A stretch of DNA of 64,000 nt from NCBI GenBank assembly GCA_033764955.1, contig JANRIL010000031.1, forward strand, positions 10,534 to 74,533, given 5' to 3'. Both the position numbers and the translations under genes were made by a program. Positions 1-10,421 of this stretch are shown here, piece after piece. The notes beneath the pieces are model-generated. The model was not told the DNA's origin, did not search any database, and saw only the letters and a program-made list of their open reading frames with translations. The stretch is from Cyanobacteriota bacterium. GTDB taxonomy: Bacteria; Cyanobacteriota; Cyanobacteriia; Thermostichales; Thermostichaceae. The first letter of the stretch is position 1. Each line of letters begins with the position of its first letter.

Positions 1-75
1 TTTCTTGCTCTGGTTAGGGCTTTCACCCTAGACTCGTAGCAAGTCCTTTTCATCCTGAAATGAGGATCTAAAATT

Positions 76-1014
76 TTGCTGCCTATTGAAGGATCGACCT
101 ACCCGTCTGCTGTGGATAGCCCCCTCCAGTTGGTGGGCAACACTCCCCTGATCCGACTGAGGCGAATCACCACTGGTTTGTCTGCTGGGGTGCGGCTTTA
201 TGCCAAGGCTGAGTGGTATAACCCTGGGGGATCCGTGAAAGATCGCCCAGCCTTGAACATGATTGAGCAGGGGGAGCGATCCGGTCAGCTTACCCCAGAC
301 AAAATCATTTTGGATGCCACCTCCGGCAACACGGGCATTGCCTATGCCTGGATTGGTGCTGCTAAGGGATACAAGGTCAAGCTTGCCCTACCTGCCAACG
401 CCAGCCCAGAGCGAAAGAAAATTTTGACAGCCTATGGGGTGGATCTGGTGTTGACAGATCCTGCCCTCGGCTCGGATGGAGCAATTGAGAAGGCCAGAGC
501 TATTTATCAAGGGGATCCCGACCGCTATTTTTATCCCGACCAGTACAGCAATCCGGGCAATTGGCAAGCCCACTATCAGACCACAGGTGTCGAGATTTAT
601 CAGCAAACCCAGGGAGAAATCACCCATTTTGTGGCAGGTCTAGGCACCAGTGGCACCTGTATGGGAGTGGGACGGCGGCTACGGGATTTTCGCTCCACCA
701 TTCAAATCGTGGCGATGCAGCCGGACTCTCCATTTCACGGATTGGAGGGTCTCAAGCACATGGCTACTGCCCTCAACCCAGCTATCTATGATCCCCACCT
801 ACCGGATCGCCAGTTAGAGGTATCCACCGAGGCGGCGCAAGCGATGGTGAAAAAGCTGGCCTTAGAAGAGGGATTGTTGGTGGGCATTTCCGCCGGAGCC
901 AACGTGGTGGCCGCCTTGCAGGTTGCCCAGCAGATCACCTCAGGGGTGGTCGTCACGATCTTTTGCGATAGTGCGGATAAATATCTCTCGGAAAGGTTTT
1001 GGTTGGATCCCTAG
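76..1014 (+). CDS. PLP-dependent cysteine synthase family protein (CysK/CysM type)
   Basis: VGNTPL, KAEWYNPGGSVKDR (PLP lysine), ATSGNTG and GLGTSGT motifs; exact start uncertain (TTG). Confidence 0.9.
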   Translation: MLPIEGSTYPSAVDSPLQLVGNTPLIRLRRITTGLSAGVRLYAKAEWYNPGGSVKDRPALNMIEQGERSGQLTPDKIILDATSGNTGIAYAWIGAAKGYKVKLALPANASPERKKILTAYGVDLVLTDPALGSDGAIEKARAIYQGDPDRYFYPDQYSNPGNWQAHYQTTGVEIYQQTQGEITHFVAGLGTSGTCMGVGRRLRDFRSTIQIVAMQPDSPFHGLEGLKHMATALNPAIYDPHLPDRQLEVSTEAAQAMVKKLALEEGLLVGISAGANVVAALQVAQQITSGVVVTIFCDSADKYLSERFWLDP

Positions 1015-1067
1015 GACAAACCCTACGTTTATGGCTATCATAGTTGAGCTGTCCCGTAGGGATATAC

Positions 1068-1146
1068 GCGGATGTGGCGGAATGGTATACGCGCACGTTT
1101 GAGGGGCGTGTGGGCAACCTTGCGAGTTCGAGTCTCGCCATCCGCA
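1068..1146 (+). tRNA. tRNA-Leu(GAG)
   Basis: Acceptor stem GCGGATG/CATCCGC with discriminator A; D-loop GGAATGGTA; anticodon arm CACGT-TTGAGGG-GCGTG; long variable arm; T-loop TTCGAGT; CCA not encoded. Confidence 0.95.
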
Positions 1147-1165
1147 TGACTTTCCTCAGCCTGCT

Positions 1166-1801
1166 ATGAATATCGCCTTTATTGGAATTGGACAAGTGGG
1201 TTCGGCACTGGCTGGACACTTGGTTAAGCAAGGACACACCGTCACGATTGCCGCTCGCAACCCCCAGTCAACCAGCGTGCAATCTGCCTTAGCTCGCTAC
1301 CCCGATTTGCAAGTGGCGGATCCCGTGGATGCCGTTGCGGCGGCTGAGGTCATTTTCTTAGCTACACCCTATGCCGCCAACGCAGAAGCACTCAGGGAAG
1401 CGGGTGATTTCTCTGGCAAAATTCTCGTGGACTGCACCAATCCAGTGGGAGCGAATTTGAGCCATGGACTGAACAGTGAGCGGTCTGGTGCCGAAGTGGT
1501 ACAAAGCTTGGTTCCGACAGCCAAGGTGGTGAAGGCTTTCACCATCTATGGCTTTGAAAATTTTGAAGATAACCACTATCCCAACCCAGGTAACCTCAAA
1601 CCCGCCATGCTGATTGCGGGGGACGACAGCCAGGCCAAACAAGTGGTCGCCTCTCTCTGTCAAGCATTAGGCTGGGATCCCGTCGATACAGGCCGCTTAG
1701 CCATGAGCCTACATCTGGAGCACATGACCCTCCTCTGGATTCAGATGGCACGTGTGCAGGGGCGAGGAGCCGGTTTTGTCTGGGCGATGCTAGAAAAATA
1801 A
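1166..1801 (+). CDS. NADPH-dependent F420 reductase-like dinucleotide-binding protein
   Basis: N-terminal GIGQVG Rossmann motif, LVDCTNP, VVKAF and AGDD motifs. Confidence 0.85.
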   Translation: MNIAFIGIGQVGSALAGHLVKQGHTVTIAARNPQSTSVQSALARYPDLQVADPVDAVAAAEVIFLATPYAANAEALREAGDFSGKILVDCTNPVGANLSHGLNSERSGAEVVQSLVPTAKVVKAFTIYGFENFEDNHYPNPGNLKPAMLIAGDDSQAKQVVASLCQALGWDPVDTGRLAMSLHLEHMTLLWIQMARVQGRGAGFVWAMLEK

Positions 1802-1889
1802 TCTTAAAAACAATCTTCAGCGCTTATTGGCACGTAGGGATCCAAATTTTTCTGTGGAATGTTAGACTAGTAAACTGTCAACTTAACCA

Positions 1890-1992
1890 ATCCACACGCC
1901 CAATCCATGTCGGGTGTTTTGTCCTGTCTGGGATATCTATCTGCCGATATCTTGACCGAATGAAATGCAGTGGGCGGAGGTCTAACCCGTAG
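1890..1992 (+). ncRNA. rpsB leader (t44 / S2 autoregulatory RNA)
   Basis: CACACGCCC...CGGGT (1911-1915)...GGGCGGAGGTCTAACCCG directly upstream of rpsB; CGGGT/ACCCG complementarity matches the known S2-leader pattern. Confidence 0.7.
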
Positions 1993-2001
1993 GAGAAAAG
2001 C

Positions 2002-2802
2002 ATGAGTGTTGTAACATTGCCTCAATTGTTGGAGGCAGGCGTTCACTTTGGGCACAAAGCCAGCCGCTGGAACCCCAAGATGCGTCCCTATATTTTCACC
2101 GAGCGTAACGGCATCCACATCATTGATTTAGTGCAAACTGCCCGTTATCTGAACGATGCCTATGACTATATGCGGGAGGCGGCGGATGCGGGCAAGCGCT
2201 TTTTATTTGTTGGCACCAAGCGGCAGGCGGCGGGGATCATTGCCCAAGAAGCCCTCCGCTGTGGAAGTTCTTTTATCAACCAGCGTTGGTTGGGGGGAAT
2301 GTTGACCAACTGGACAACCATCAAAACCCGTATTGATCGCCTCAAAGAAATCGAAGAAATGGATCGCAACGGTATCTTAGATCGGCTGCCCAAGCAGGAA
2401 GCCTCTGGTTTGCGCCGCGATATGGCCAAACTGGAAAAGTATCTGGGCGGGATCAAGACGATGCGACGGTTGCCGGATGTGGTGGTGGTGGTGGATCAGC
2501 GGCGGGAATCCAATGCGGTTCAGGAGTGCATCAAACTGAATATCCCGATTGTTTCGCTCCTGGACACCAACTGTGATCCCGATCTGAGTGATGTGTTTAT
2601 CCCCTCCAACGATGATGCGATTCGAGCCATCAAACTGATTGTGGGCAAGTTAGCCGATGCTATCTATGAAGGTCGCCACGGACAGCTCGATACTTCCGAA
2701 GAAGAAGAGTATGAAATGTATGAGGGAGCGATGGATTTTGAAGATGACTTGCTTGAAGATATGGACGGGGAGGAAGCGGCTGAAGAATCCGATGAGGGAT
2801 AG
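2002..2802 (+). CDS. rpsB: 30S ribosomal protein S2
   Basis: [19 protein letters not shown] and DTNCDP motifs; acidic C-terminal tail. Confidence 0.99.
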   Translation: MSVVTLPQLLEAGVHFGHKASRWNPKMRPYIFTERNGIHIIDLVQTARYLNDAYDYMREAADAGKRFLFVGTKRQAAGIIAQEALRCGSSFINQRWLGGMLTNWTTIKTRIDRLKEIEEMDRNGILDRLPKQEASGLRRDMAKLEKYLGGIKTMRRLPDVVVVVDQRRESNAVQECIKLNIPIVSLLDTNCDPDLSDVFIPSNDDAIRAIKLIVGKLADAIYEGRHGQLDTSEEEEYEMYEGAMDFEDDLLEDMDGEEAAEESDEG

Positions 2803-2925
2803 ATGGCTATGGCGAGGAGCGGGCTTGATCCCTGTCGGATCCCGGCGGGGGCTGCACCCCAGTTGACGATATGCTTGAGGTAGGCAATTCCTGACTGGAA
2901 TTCACACAAAATTTGAGGAAGATTC

Positions 2926-3786
2926 ATGGCAGACATAACCTCCCAGATGGTCAAAGAACTGCGTGAGAAAACTGGCGCAGGCATGATGGACTGCAAAAAA
3001 GCTCTGGTAGAAAGCAAAGGCGACATGGAGGCCGCTATCACTTGGCTGCGGCAAAAAGGTCTGGCGGGTGCCGCCAAAAAGGCGGGACGAGTCGCTGCTG
3101 AGGGATTGGTGGATAGCTATATTCATACCGGCGGACGAATTGGCATCTTGGTGGAGGTCAATTGTGAAACCGATTTCGTGGCACGGCGCAGTGAGTTTAA
3201 GGACTTAGTGCGAAGCATTGCTATGCAGATTGCCGCCTGTCCGAATGTGGAATATGTTAGTACGGCTCAAATTCCGGTAGACGTGGTGGAACGGGAAAAA
3301 ACCATTGAAATGGGCAAAGATGATCTGGGCAATAAACCCGCCAATGTGCGGGAGAAAATTGTTCAGGGTCGCATTGACAAACGCTTGCGGGAGCTATCTT
3401 TGTTGGATCAGCCCTATGTGAAAGATCAGTCTATTACCATCGAAGAGTTGGTGAAGCAGTCAGTGGCCTTGCTGGGAGAAAATATTCAGATTCGCCGCTT
3501 TACCCGCTTCGTTTTGGGCGAAGGGATTGAGAAAGAAACGGTTGATTTTGCCGCAGAAGTGGCCGCTGCTGCTCAATCGGGATCCCAACCTGCGGCCAAA
3601 ACTGCCCCTGTTGAGACCCCCTCAGCGGATGCTGTTGCTCCGATGGCAGCGGTGAGCGTTGAGGCTGTTGGTGAGCCAAAGGGAGTAGAAGCGGGGGTGG
3701 CGGAAGAAAGTGCTCCTCAAGAGGCTGCTGCCGGCGGGTTTGGCAAGTCGGGCAAGTCGGCCAAATCAAGTAAGAAGAAAAAATAA
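2926..3786 (+). CDS. tsf: Elongation factor Ts with Ala/Lys-rich C-terminal extension
   Basis: [19 protein letters not shown] and [10 protein letters not shown] motifs; follows rpsB. Confidence 0.99.
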   Translation: MADITSQMVKELREKTGAGMMDCKKALVESKGDMEAAITWLRQKGLAGAAKKAGRVAAEGLVDSYIHTGGRIGILVEVNCETDFVARRSEFKDLVRSIAMQIAACPNVEYVSTAQIPVDVVEREKTIEMGKDDLGNKPANVREKIVQGRIDKRLRELSLLDQPYVKDQSITIEELVKQSVALLGENIQIRRFTRFVLGEGIEKETVDFAAEVAAAAQSGSQPAAKTAPVETPSADAVAPMAAVSVEAVGEPKGVEAGVAEESAPQEAAAGGFGKSGKSAKSSKKKK

Positions 3787-3798
3787 CCGGATTCCCTC

Positions 3799-4629
3799 AT
3801 GCTAGAGCTACACTGCCATACCACGTGTTCAGACGGGATCCTCTCCCCAACAGAGCTTGTGGTGATGGCTGTGCAGGCGGGGGTGAAGGGGTTGGCGATC
3901 TCCGATCACGATACCTTGGCGGGCTGGGAGGAAGCCGTTGAGGCCGCTCAGCCCTACCATCTTGAAATCATTCCAGCGGTGGAATTAAGTACTGTCTGGC
4001 GAGGTCGTTCCCTTCATCTGTTGGGATTTTATCCGGATCCCCAGCTTTTGAATCCACCCTTGCAGGAACGACAACAGGGGCGGATGCGCCGTGCTGCCGC
4101 CATGCTGGATAAGTTAGCAACCTTGGGGTATCCCATAACTCTGCCATTTCGTAATCTGTCGCCTGGGCGTCCGCATATCGCGCAGGCGCTGGTGGAGGCA
4201 GGCTATGTGCGAAACAGTCGAGAAGCTTTTGATCGCTTTTTGGCAGAGGGAGGCTCCGCTTTTGTTCCCTACGAAAAATTTAGTGCGGTGGAGGGGATCG
4301 ATTTGTTGCGCCGTTGCGGAGCCGTGCCCGTCTGGGCGCATCCTCCCCTTTTTAAGGGAGACTCTGTGGAGCGTACCCTACGGGATTTGGTGGCGGCAGG
4401 ACTACTGGGGCTAGAGGTCTATCATCCCGAACACTCCCGCACCACAACCGCCACCCTCTTGGATTTAGCCAACCGCTACCACCTTTTGATCACAGGTGGA
4501 AGTGACTATCATGGTCCCAACCCTCGTGGACATAGCCTCAATATGATGAAGCTAGAGATGAAGCTATTGGATCGGCTGAAGCAGGTTCATCAAGCATTTT
4601 GTATGCTACCTGTTCAAGAGAAGAACTGA
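3799..4629 (+). CDS. PHP-domain metal-dependent phosphoesterase (TrpH/YciV family)
   Basis: LHCHTTCSDG, ISDHDT, GRPHIA, WAHP and TGGSDYHG motifs. Confidence 0.92.
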   Translation: MLELHCHTTCSDGILSPTELVVMAVQAGVKGLAISDHDTLAGWEEAVEAAQPYHLEIIPAVELSTVWRGRSLHLLGFYPDPQLLNPPLQERQQGRMRRAAAMLDKLATLGYPITLPFRNLSPGRPHIAQALVEAGYVRNSREAFDRFLAEGGSAFVPYEKFSAVEGIDLLRRCGAVPVWAHPPLFKGDSVERTLRDLVAAGLLGLEVYHPEHSRTTTATLLDLANRYHLLITGGSDYHGPNPRGHSLNMMKLEMKLLDRLKQVHQAFCMLPVQEKN

Positions 4630-4674
4630 ATACAAAAACACTGAATACTCGACAAATCATTCTCAGCAGAGGAG

Positions 4675-4977
4675 TCAATCATTTCTCAGCAGTTCATTTG
4701 AGGTGGGTTTCCTCCAGATCTCAATCTTCTGTTCATCCAAATACGCAAGTCCGTACATAATTTGATTTTGAGTACCCCGCAATTGCAGATCAAACCAGCC
4801 ATCCTGATTGCCGTTTCCTGTGAGAATTGCCCCGGCAATATTAACAGTCAATCCATAGCGAGATATCAAGGTAGAAATAACAGGTTGTTGATGATATTCT
4901 CTAGGAACTCGGATGGTAATTCGGCTTTCAGTCAAAGAGTTTGTCTCCACAGTTTTGGAGGATGAGCTGGTGATCAT
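4675..4977 (-). CDS. Stand-alone NIL-domain protein
   Basis: RITIRVPREYHQQPVIS...VNIAGAIL...GWFDLQLRG resembles cyanobacterial NIL proteins; ATG at 4977 preceded by CAGGAG. Confidence 0.8.
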   Translation of the reverse strand: MITSSSSKTVETNSLTESRITIRVPREYHQQPVISTLISRYGLTVNIAGAILTGNGNQDGWFDLQLRGTQNQIMYGLAYLDEQKIEIWRKPTSNELLRND

Positions 4978-5044
4978 AGATATCGACTCCTGAAATCTAG
5001 AAATGATTAGCCAGTGTTGAGAAGAAAGATATGTTGAGAGAAGA

Positions 5045-5812
5045 CTATGTTGGCTGATATGCAAGATGAGATGAATGGTAGAAGGCTGATTCCGGTTGAA
5101 TTAAAATACGGTTGAGAATTTGTTCTTCCAAAGCAGCAAAAGTGGCACTACCTCGTTGCCGTGGTCGTGGGAGAGTAATAGGTACATCAAGAGCGATGGA
5201 TCCCTGCTCAATCAAGATGACGCGATCGGCTAGGGCAATCGCTTCTCCTACATCATGGGTAACCAAAATAGATGTAAATTGCTGTTCCTGCCAAAGCTTT
5301 TCAATTAATCTCTGCATTTCAATCCGTGTTAGGGCATCAAGGGCACCAAGAGGTTCATCTAAGAGCAAGAGACGAGGATGATGAACCAAGGCTCTTGCTA
5401 ATGCCACTCGTTGGCGTTGACCGCCCGACAAGATAGCCGGCCAATCTTTGGCTCGATCGAGTAAGCCGACATGACTGAGTACTTCTAGCGTTTGATGTTG
5501 CCAATTTCCTGTCAAACCCAAGCTAATATTTTGCTGGACAGTTCTCCAGGGTAAAAGACGGGCATCTTGAAACATGATCCGAACGGAGGGATCCACTCCT
5601 TTAAGAGGCCGATGGTCTAACCAAATTTCTCCTTGCGTGGGTTTATCTAGCCCAGCAATCAATCGAAGAAGGGTGCTTTTGCCGCAACCACTTTTACCAA
5701 TAATAACAACAAACTCACCAGAACTAACCTGTAGCCGAATATTTTGTAGAACAGGTTTATTTCCAAAATATTTATTGAGGTTTGTGACCTCTAGATTGAT
5801 CCCATTTGACAT
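5045..5812 (-). CDS. ssuB: Aliphatic sulfonate ABC transporter ATP-binding protein
   Basis: [26 protein letters not shown] and [15 protein letters not shown]; ssu context. Confidence 0.93.
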   Translation of the reverse strand: MSNGINLEVTNLNKYFGNKPVLQNIRLQVSSGEFVVIIGKSGCGKSTLLRLIAGLDKPTQGEIWLDHRPLKGVDPSVRIMFQDARLLPWRTVQQNISLGLTGNWQHQTLEVLSHVGLLDRAKDWPAILSGGQRQRVALARALVHHPRLLLLDEPLGALDALTRIEMQRLIEKLWQEQQFTSILVTHDVGEAIALADRVILIEQGSIALDVPITLPRPRQRGSATFAALEEQILNRILIQPESAFYHSSHLAYQPT

Positions 5813-5940
5813 AGATGATCCCTCTCAAGAAATGAGCTTTGAATAATTCACCCAAACTTCTTCCGGCTTTATTAAGCAATCCAGAATTAGATAAACTGTA
5901 TAAAGCACAAAGTTAGTTTTTAGTTGCCAACGCTTGTCTG

Positions 5941-6735
5941 TTACTTCTTGGCCAAAGAATAACTCGGATGCCATTTAAGTAGATTTTCTTCCAAAACTCT
6001 GGCAATAACATCTGCGATTTTTCCCAGCAAGGCATATAGAATAATGCTCAAAACAACTACATCTGTCTGTAGAAATTCTCGAGCATTCATAGCCATATAA
6101 CCAATTCCTGAATTCGCAGCAATAGTTTCTGCCACAATCAGTGTCAGCCACATAATTCCTAGTGCGAATCGCAGGCCAACTAAAACAGCGGGTAATGCTC
6201 CTGGTAAAATTACCTGACTGACCAATGCCCAACCTTGTAAGCCATAAACTTTGCCCATCTCAATTAGCCCTGGGTCAACGGTACGGATGCCATAGAATGT
6301 GTTGATATAAATTGGGAATAATACACCGATTGCAACTAAGAAAATTCTGGCTTCTTCTCCAATGCCAAACCACAAAATAACTAGTGGAATCATGGCCAAA
6401 TGAGGTATATTACGAATCATTTGAACGGAGGTATCTAAAAGTTGCTCAGCAGGCAAAAATAATCCATTCACCATGCCTAGAGTAAAACCAATTCCTCCCC
6501 CAATTAAAAATCCTATAGCTGCCCGCTTAAAACTAATACCAATATTAAGCCATAGTTCTCCACTTTGAGTGAGTTGAAATGCTGTCAGCAAAACATCACT
6601 TGGAGAAGGTAATATGCGTGTCGGAAGGAAGCCAAACTCAGAAAAGATTTGCCAAACAACCAGGAGAGTAATAGGCAGTAGCCAGGGAAGTAGTTTTTGT
6701 GCGTATCGTCCATTTAGTAAGGCTTGAGATTGCAT
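5941..6735 (-). CDS. ssuC: Aliphatic sulfonate ABC transporter permease
   Basis: RNIPHLAMIPLVILWFGIGE and GIGYMAMNAREFLQTD motifs. Confidence 0.95.
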   Translation of the reverse strand: MQSQALLNGRYAQKLLPWLLPITLLVVWQIFSEFGFLPTRILPSPSDVLLTAFQLTQSGELWLNIGISFKRAAIGFLIGGGIGFTLGMVNGLFLPAEQLLDTSVQMIRNIPHLAMIPLVILWFGIGEEARIFLVAIGVLFPIYINTFYGIRTVDPGLIEMGKVYGLQGWALVSQVILPGALPAVLVGLRFALGIMWLTLIVAETIAANSGIGYMAMNAREFLQTDVVVLSIILYALLGKIADVIARVLEENLLKWHPSYSLAKK

Positions 6736-6798
6736 AGAATATCACCTCGGAGGAATTAGAGAGGAATTGAGGAGATCAACAATTTCATTTTGTTGACT

Positions 6799-7401
6799 TC
6801 AGCTTGCAATGGGTTGACTATGATGATGCTTAGATTGTGTGGGATCCAAAACAGCTTGATGGATGTCACTAGTGATAGCTATGGCTAGCTCTTCCAGAGA
6901 TTCTTGTAATCGCTGCTCAATCTCAGCATCAATCTGAAAGGCTTGCCCCTCTTGCCAACGGATTTGCCGATCTACAATATAGACACCCTGCAAAATGTGA
7001 CGGGATCCTAGAGCATAAAGAACCGGTTTTAGACTGTAGTCAATGGCTAGCAAATGAGCTAGTGTTCCACCCGTTGCTATGGGCAGTACTATCTTTCCGG
7101 CTAAGCTGGCTTGAGGTAGTAAATCCAAATAGGTTTTGAGAACTCCTGTGTAGGTAGTCTTATAGATTGGGGTTGCAATAATTACCCCTTTGGCTTGAAT
7201 AACCCGCTCGTTAGCACTCAGAATGGCTGGGCTATTGTAGCGACCCAATATCAAATCTTCAGTTGGTAAATCTCGAACGGTGATCCGATCCATACTGATA
7301 TTTTTTTGTTCTAAATACTGCTGGATATAGGTGAGCAGGGCAGAAGAACGGGAGGGAGAAGAAGGACTTCCAGCAATGGCGATAATATCAGACATATTCA
7401 C
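6799..7401 (-). CDS. ssuE: NADPH-dependent FMN reductase
   Basis: AGSPSSPSRS, ATPIYK and LPIATGGTLAHLLAIDY motifs. Confidence 0.93.
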   Translation of the reverse strand: MNMSDIIAIAGSPSSPSRSSALLTYIQQYLEQKNISMDRITVRDLPTEDLILGRYNSPAILSANERVIQAKGVIIATPIYKTTYTGVLKTYLDLLPQASLAGKIVLPIATGGTLAHLLAIDYSLKPVLYALGSRHILQGVYIVDRQIRWQEGQAFQIDAEIEQRLQESLEELAIAITSDIHQAVLDPTQSKHHHSQPIAS

Positions 7402-7479
7402 AGATTGATAAAAGGGCAGATTATCTGAATGTAAGAGGGAATGGGTTTAGTCTGTTATGAGGAGAATGAAAGGTAGAGG

Positions 7480-7899
7480 TTAGGCTGAATGTACCATCCG
7501 CTGGGAAATGCAAGGAAGCGGAGACTGCACCAGGATGACCACCATTGGATCAGATCCCGTATTTCTAATCTCATGGAAGGTATCTTCAGGAATATTGACA
7601 AAAGATCCTGATTTTACACTCAAAGTTTTCTCTCCCGATGGCATCTGAATCACTACCAATCCTTCTCCTCTGAGAAAATAAAGTAATTCTGAACTGGTCG
7701 GATGCTTATGAAGACTATTGACCTGCCCTGGCTCAAAGCAATAGGTACCAAAGAGAAGTTGATCTGTTGAGAAAACAACCTGCTTGGTATATCCTTTAGC
7801 GCTGAAGTTAAGAACTTCTTCCAAGGCCTTATATAAATCTTGAGAACCTGAATCGAACAAAAGTGCTTGATTCGCTGGGATCTCTGTTGGTGTTGACAT
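7480..7899 (-). CDS. Cupin-domain protein
   Basis: Cupin motifs PGQVNSLHKHP..SELLYFLRGEG and IPEDTFHEIRNTG; ATG at 7899 preceded by TAAGGA. Confidence 0.85.
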   Translation of the reverse strand: MSTPTEIPANQALLFDSGSQDLYKALEEVLNFSAKGYTKQVVFSTDQLLFGTYCFEPGQVNSLHKHPTSSELLYFLRGEGLVVIQMPSGEKTLSVKSGSFVNIPEDTFHEIRNTGSDPMVVILVQSPLPCISQRMVHSA

Positions 7900-7909
7900 G
7901 GTAAATTCC

Positions 7910-8038
7910 TTAAAAGATAAATAAAGATGGTAGAGAAAGATGATCAGAGGATTTGGCTTTGGACAGATTTTTTTGCTTTGAATCAGATACAAAAAACTGA
8001 CTGACTGGGATCCCTGTTGGTGATGAAGAAGAAGACAT
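7910..8038 (-). CDS. 42-aa small ORF resembling the N-terminus of the downstream cupin
   Basis: MSSSSSPTGIPVSQFFVSDSKQKNLSKAKSSDHLSLPSLFIF with upstream CAGGAAG; stop overlaps the cupin RBS. Confidence 0.4.
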   Translation of the reverse strand: MSSSSSPTGIPVSQFFVSDSKQKNLSKAKSSDHLSLPSLFIF

Positions 8039-8119
8039 GGCAAACTTCCTGAAGAGTGGGTAAAAGTGCTTAAATTTGTGGGAAAACTGGACTTAAGAGG
8101 TGAATAATCTTTTATAAAA

Positions 8120-9277
8120 CTAGCTGGCAGATTCTAAAACCCGTTGACTTGGTATAAGCTGATTAGCCACGATCTCACCGAAAGGGCTAAACAATTGTGG
8201 CTGTTTTGTAACCTCTTTTAGCCCCATATTCTGTTCAAAATATGGGAAGAGCAGCTCAGCAACTCGGTAGGCTTCTTCTAAGTGGGGATAGCCAGATAAA
8301 ATGAAGGTTTCAATGCCCAAATCGATATATTCCTGCATCAAATTAGCCACGGTAGCGGGATCCCCAACTAAGGCTGTACCTGCCCCGCCTCTCACCAAAC
8401 CTACTCCTGCCCAGAGGTTAGGATAAATTTCTAGGTTGGCGCGGCTTCCGTTGTGTAACTGTGTCATTCGCCGTTGTCCTTCGGAGTCCATCCGCGCATA
8501 GACGCGCTGTGCCTGAGCAATCGCATCATCGTCCACATAGCGAATTAGGTTCTCTGCCGCTTGCCATGCTTCTCCCTGAGTTTCTCGCACAATAATGTGG
8601 AGGCGGATGCCAAATTTGAGGGTGCGCCCTTGTTCAGCGGACAATTGGCGAACGGTTTTGATCTTTTCGGCAACCTGCGCGGGTGGTTCCCCCCAGGTGA
8701 GATAGGTATCCACATGTTTGGCAGCAATCTCTTGTGCTACCGGAGAGGATCCGCCAAACCAGAGGGGGGGGTAGGGATCCTGGAGGGGGGGGAAGAGGAG
8801 GCGGGATCCCCTCACATTCAGATAATCTCCCGCAAAATCAACAGTTTCTCCGGCAAGGGTTTGTCGCCAGACAGTCAGGAATTCATCGGTTAGGGCGTAG
8901 CGGGCATCATGATCCAAATGGAGACCATCCCCTGCCAGTTCTACCGGATCTCCGCCCGTAACAATGTTAATCAATAAACGCCCCTGAGAGAGACGGTCAA
9001 AGGTCGCCGCCATACGAGCGGCTACTCCAGGGGAGACCAAACCAGGGCGAATCGCCACCAAAAACTTCATGTGGCGGGTGACAGAAGCCAAGAAAGAGGC
9101 GGCAATCCAGGCATCTTCACAAGAGCGCCCTGTGGGTAGCAACGCCCCCGTAAACCCCAAATGATCGATGGCTTGAGCCAGTTGTTTGAGATAATCACAA
9201 TCCACCGCTCTCCCTCCAACAGAGGTGCCCAGATAGCGACCATCACCATGCAGAGGAATAAACCAAAAGAGGTTCAT
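8120..9277 (-). CDS. ssuD: FMNH2-dependent alkanesulfonate monooxygenase
   Basis: [42 protein letters not shown] and SGYPHLEE motifs. Confidence 0.97.
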   Translation of the reverse strand: MNLFWFIPLHGDGRYLGTSVGGRAVDCDYLKQLAQAIDHLGFTGALLPTGRSCEDAWIAASFLASVTRHMKFLVAIRPGLVSPGVAARMAATFDRLSQGRLLINIVTGGDPVELAGDGLHLDHDARYALTDEFLTVWRQTLAGETVDFAGDYLNVRGSRLLFPPLQDPYPPLWFGGSSPVAQEIAAKHVDTYLTWGEPPAQVAEKIKTVRQLSAEQGRTLKFGIRLHIIVRETQGEAWQAAENLIRYVDDDAIAQAQRVYARMDSEGQRRMTQLHNGSRANLEIYPNLWAGVGLVRGGAGTALVGDPATVANLMQEYIDLGIETFILSGYPHLEEAYRVAELLFPYFEQNMGLKEVTKQPQLFSPFGEIVANQLIPSQRVLESAS

Positions 9278-9402
9278 AAAGGCAGTTCCTTAGGCTTAAA
9301 AACTTGCTGAACTGAGATTGAATTGATCGAGAAAATAGGTGAAGAGTGAGAGAGTTTTATCGATTGGAAATATCGGTATAGAATCCTAATCCGATAAGTA
9401 AA

Positions 9403-10383
9403 CTAGGCTTTAGGGGTCCAGATCACATCTTGTACAACAATCGCCTCTGGGATCAGTTTTAGACCTAAAAAAACATCAGCAATCGATTGTTGATCTCGAA
9501 TCGTTTGAGCATCAATCCATTGTGCTCCATAGGCGCGACGGCGGGAAACTTTTTGCAGCACCTCCTCCGGGATCCCCAATTGTGGAGACAATAGTTTTGC
9601 CACCTGATCGGGATTGTTTTTTGCCCAATCATCGACTTTTTGAATCTCTTCAATGATGATTTTCAGACGATCAGGATAGGTCTCAGCAAAAGGTCGAGCC
9701 GCCAGATAAAACTCTCGGTTGGCGACTAATCCCTCTCCATCTGCCAAAACTCGTGCCCCCGTCGCCGCTTCGGCTGCCCCAAAGAAAGGATCCCAAATCA
9801 CCCAGGCATCTACATCTCGCTTTTCAAAAGCAGCTCTTGCATCAGCGGGAGGCAAGAAAATGACCTGCACATCTGAATATGAGATTCCAGCTTTTTCTAG
9901 AGCTTTGACCAACAGATAATGCACATTGGATCCCTTGTTGAGAACCACCTTTTTCCCTTTCAGATCTGCCACTCTTTGTAAAGGAGAATCTCCATGAATG
10001 AGAATGGCTTCACTTTTGGGGCTAGGAGGTTCATTGGCAACATACAGAAGTGGCGCACCTGCGGCTTGGGCAAAGATAGGTGGAGCTTCGCCGGTATGTC
10101 CAAAATCAATACTCCCAACATTGAGAGCTTCTAAGAGTTGTGGGCCACCCGGAAATTCAGTCCATTCAACTTTGATTGAATCCGAAGCCAGCCGCTTTTC
10201 CAAATCTCCGCGAGCTTTCACAATATTAACGGTGCCATATTTCTGAAAACCAATCCTCAACACTTGGGCATCTTGGGCATAAGCGGAATGTCTAGACCAA
10301 ATTGGTGACGCCGCTAGACTGGCGAGACCAAAAGCTAAACCGCGAATCGCATGGCGACGATGAATAGGCGTGCTGAAGATCAT
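9403..10383 (-). CDS. ssuA: Sulfonate ABC transporter substrate-binding protein (probable Tat signal)
   Basis: LRIGFQKYG, EFPGGPQLLEALNVG, GEAPPIFAQAAG and KGSNVHY; HRRHAIRG leader. Confidence 0.93.
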   Translation of the reverse strand: MIFSTPIHRRHAIRGLAFGLASLAASPIWSRHSAYAQDAQVLRIGFQKYGTVNIVKARGDLEKRLASDSIKVEWTEFPGGPQLLEALNVGSIDFGHTGEAPPIFAQAAGAPLLYVANEPPSPKSEAILIHGDSPLQRVADLKGKKVVLNKGSNVHYLLVKALEKAGISYSDVQVIFLPPADARAAFEKRDVDAWVIWDPFFGAAEAATGARVLADGEGLVANREFYLAARPFAETYPDRLKIIIEEIQKVDDWAKNNPDQVAKLLSPQLGIPEEVLQKVSRRRAYGAQWIDAQTIRDQQSIADVFLGLKLIPEAIVVQDVIWTPKA

Positions 10384-10421
10384 AGTATCGGTTAAACTCC
10401 TGATGAAATTTCTGTGAAGAC

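Noticed and set aside
1068..1200. tRNA-Leu as the integration site of an island
   Set aside because: I found no duplicated tRNA 3' end and no integrase; housekeeping rpsB follows within 1 kb
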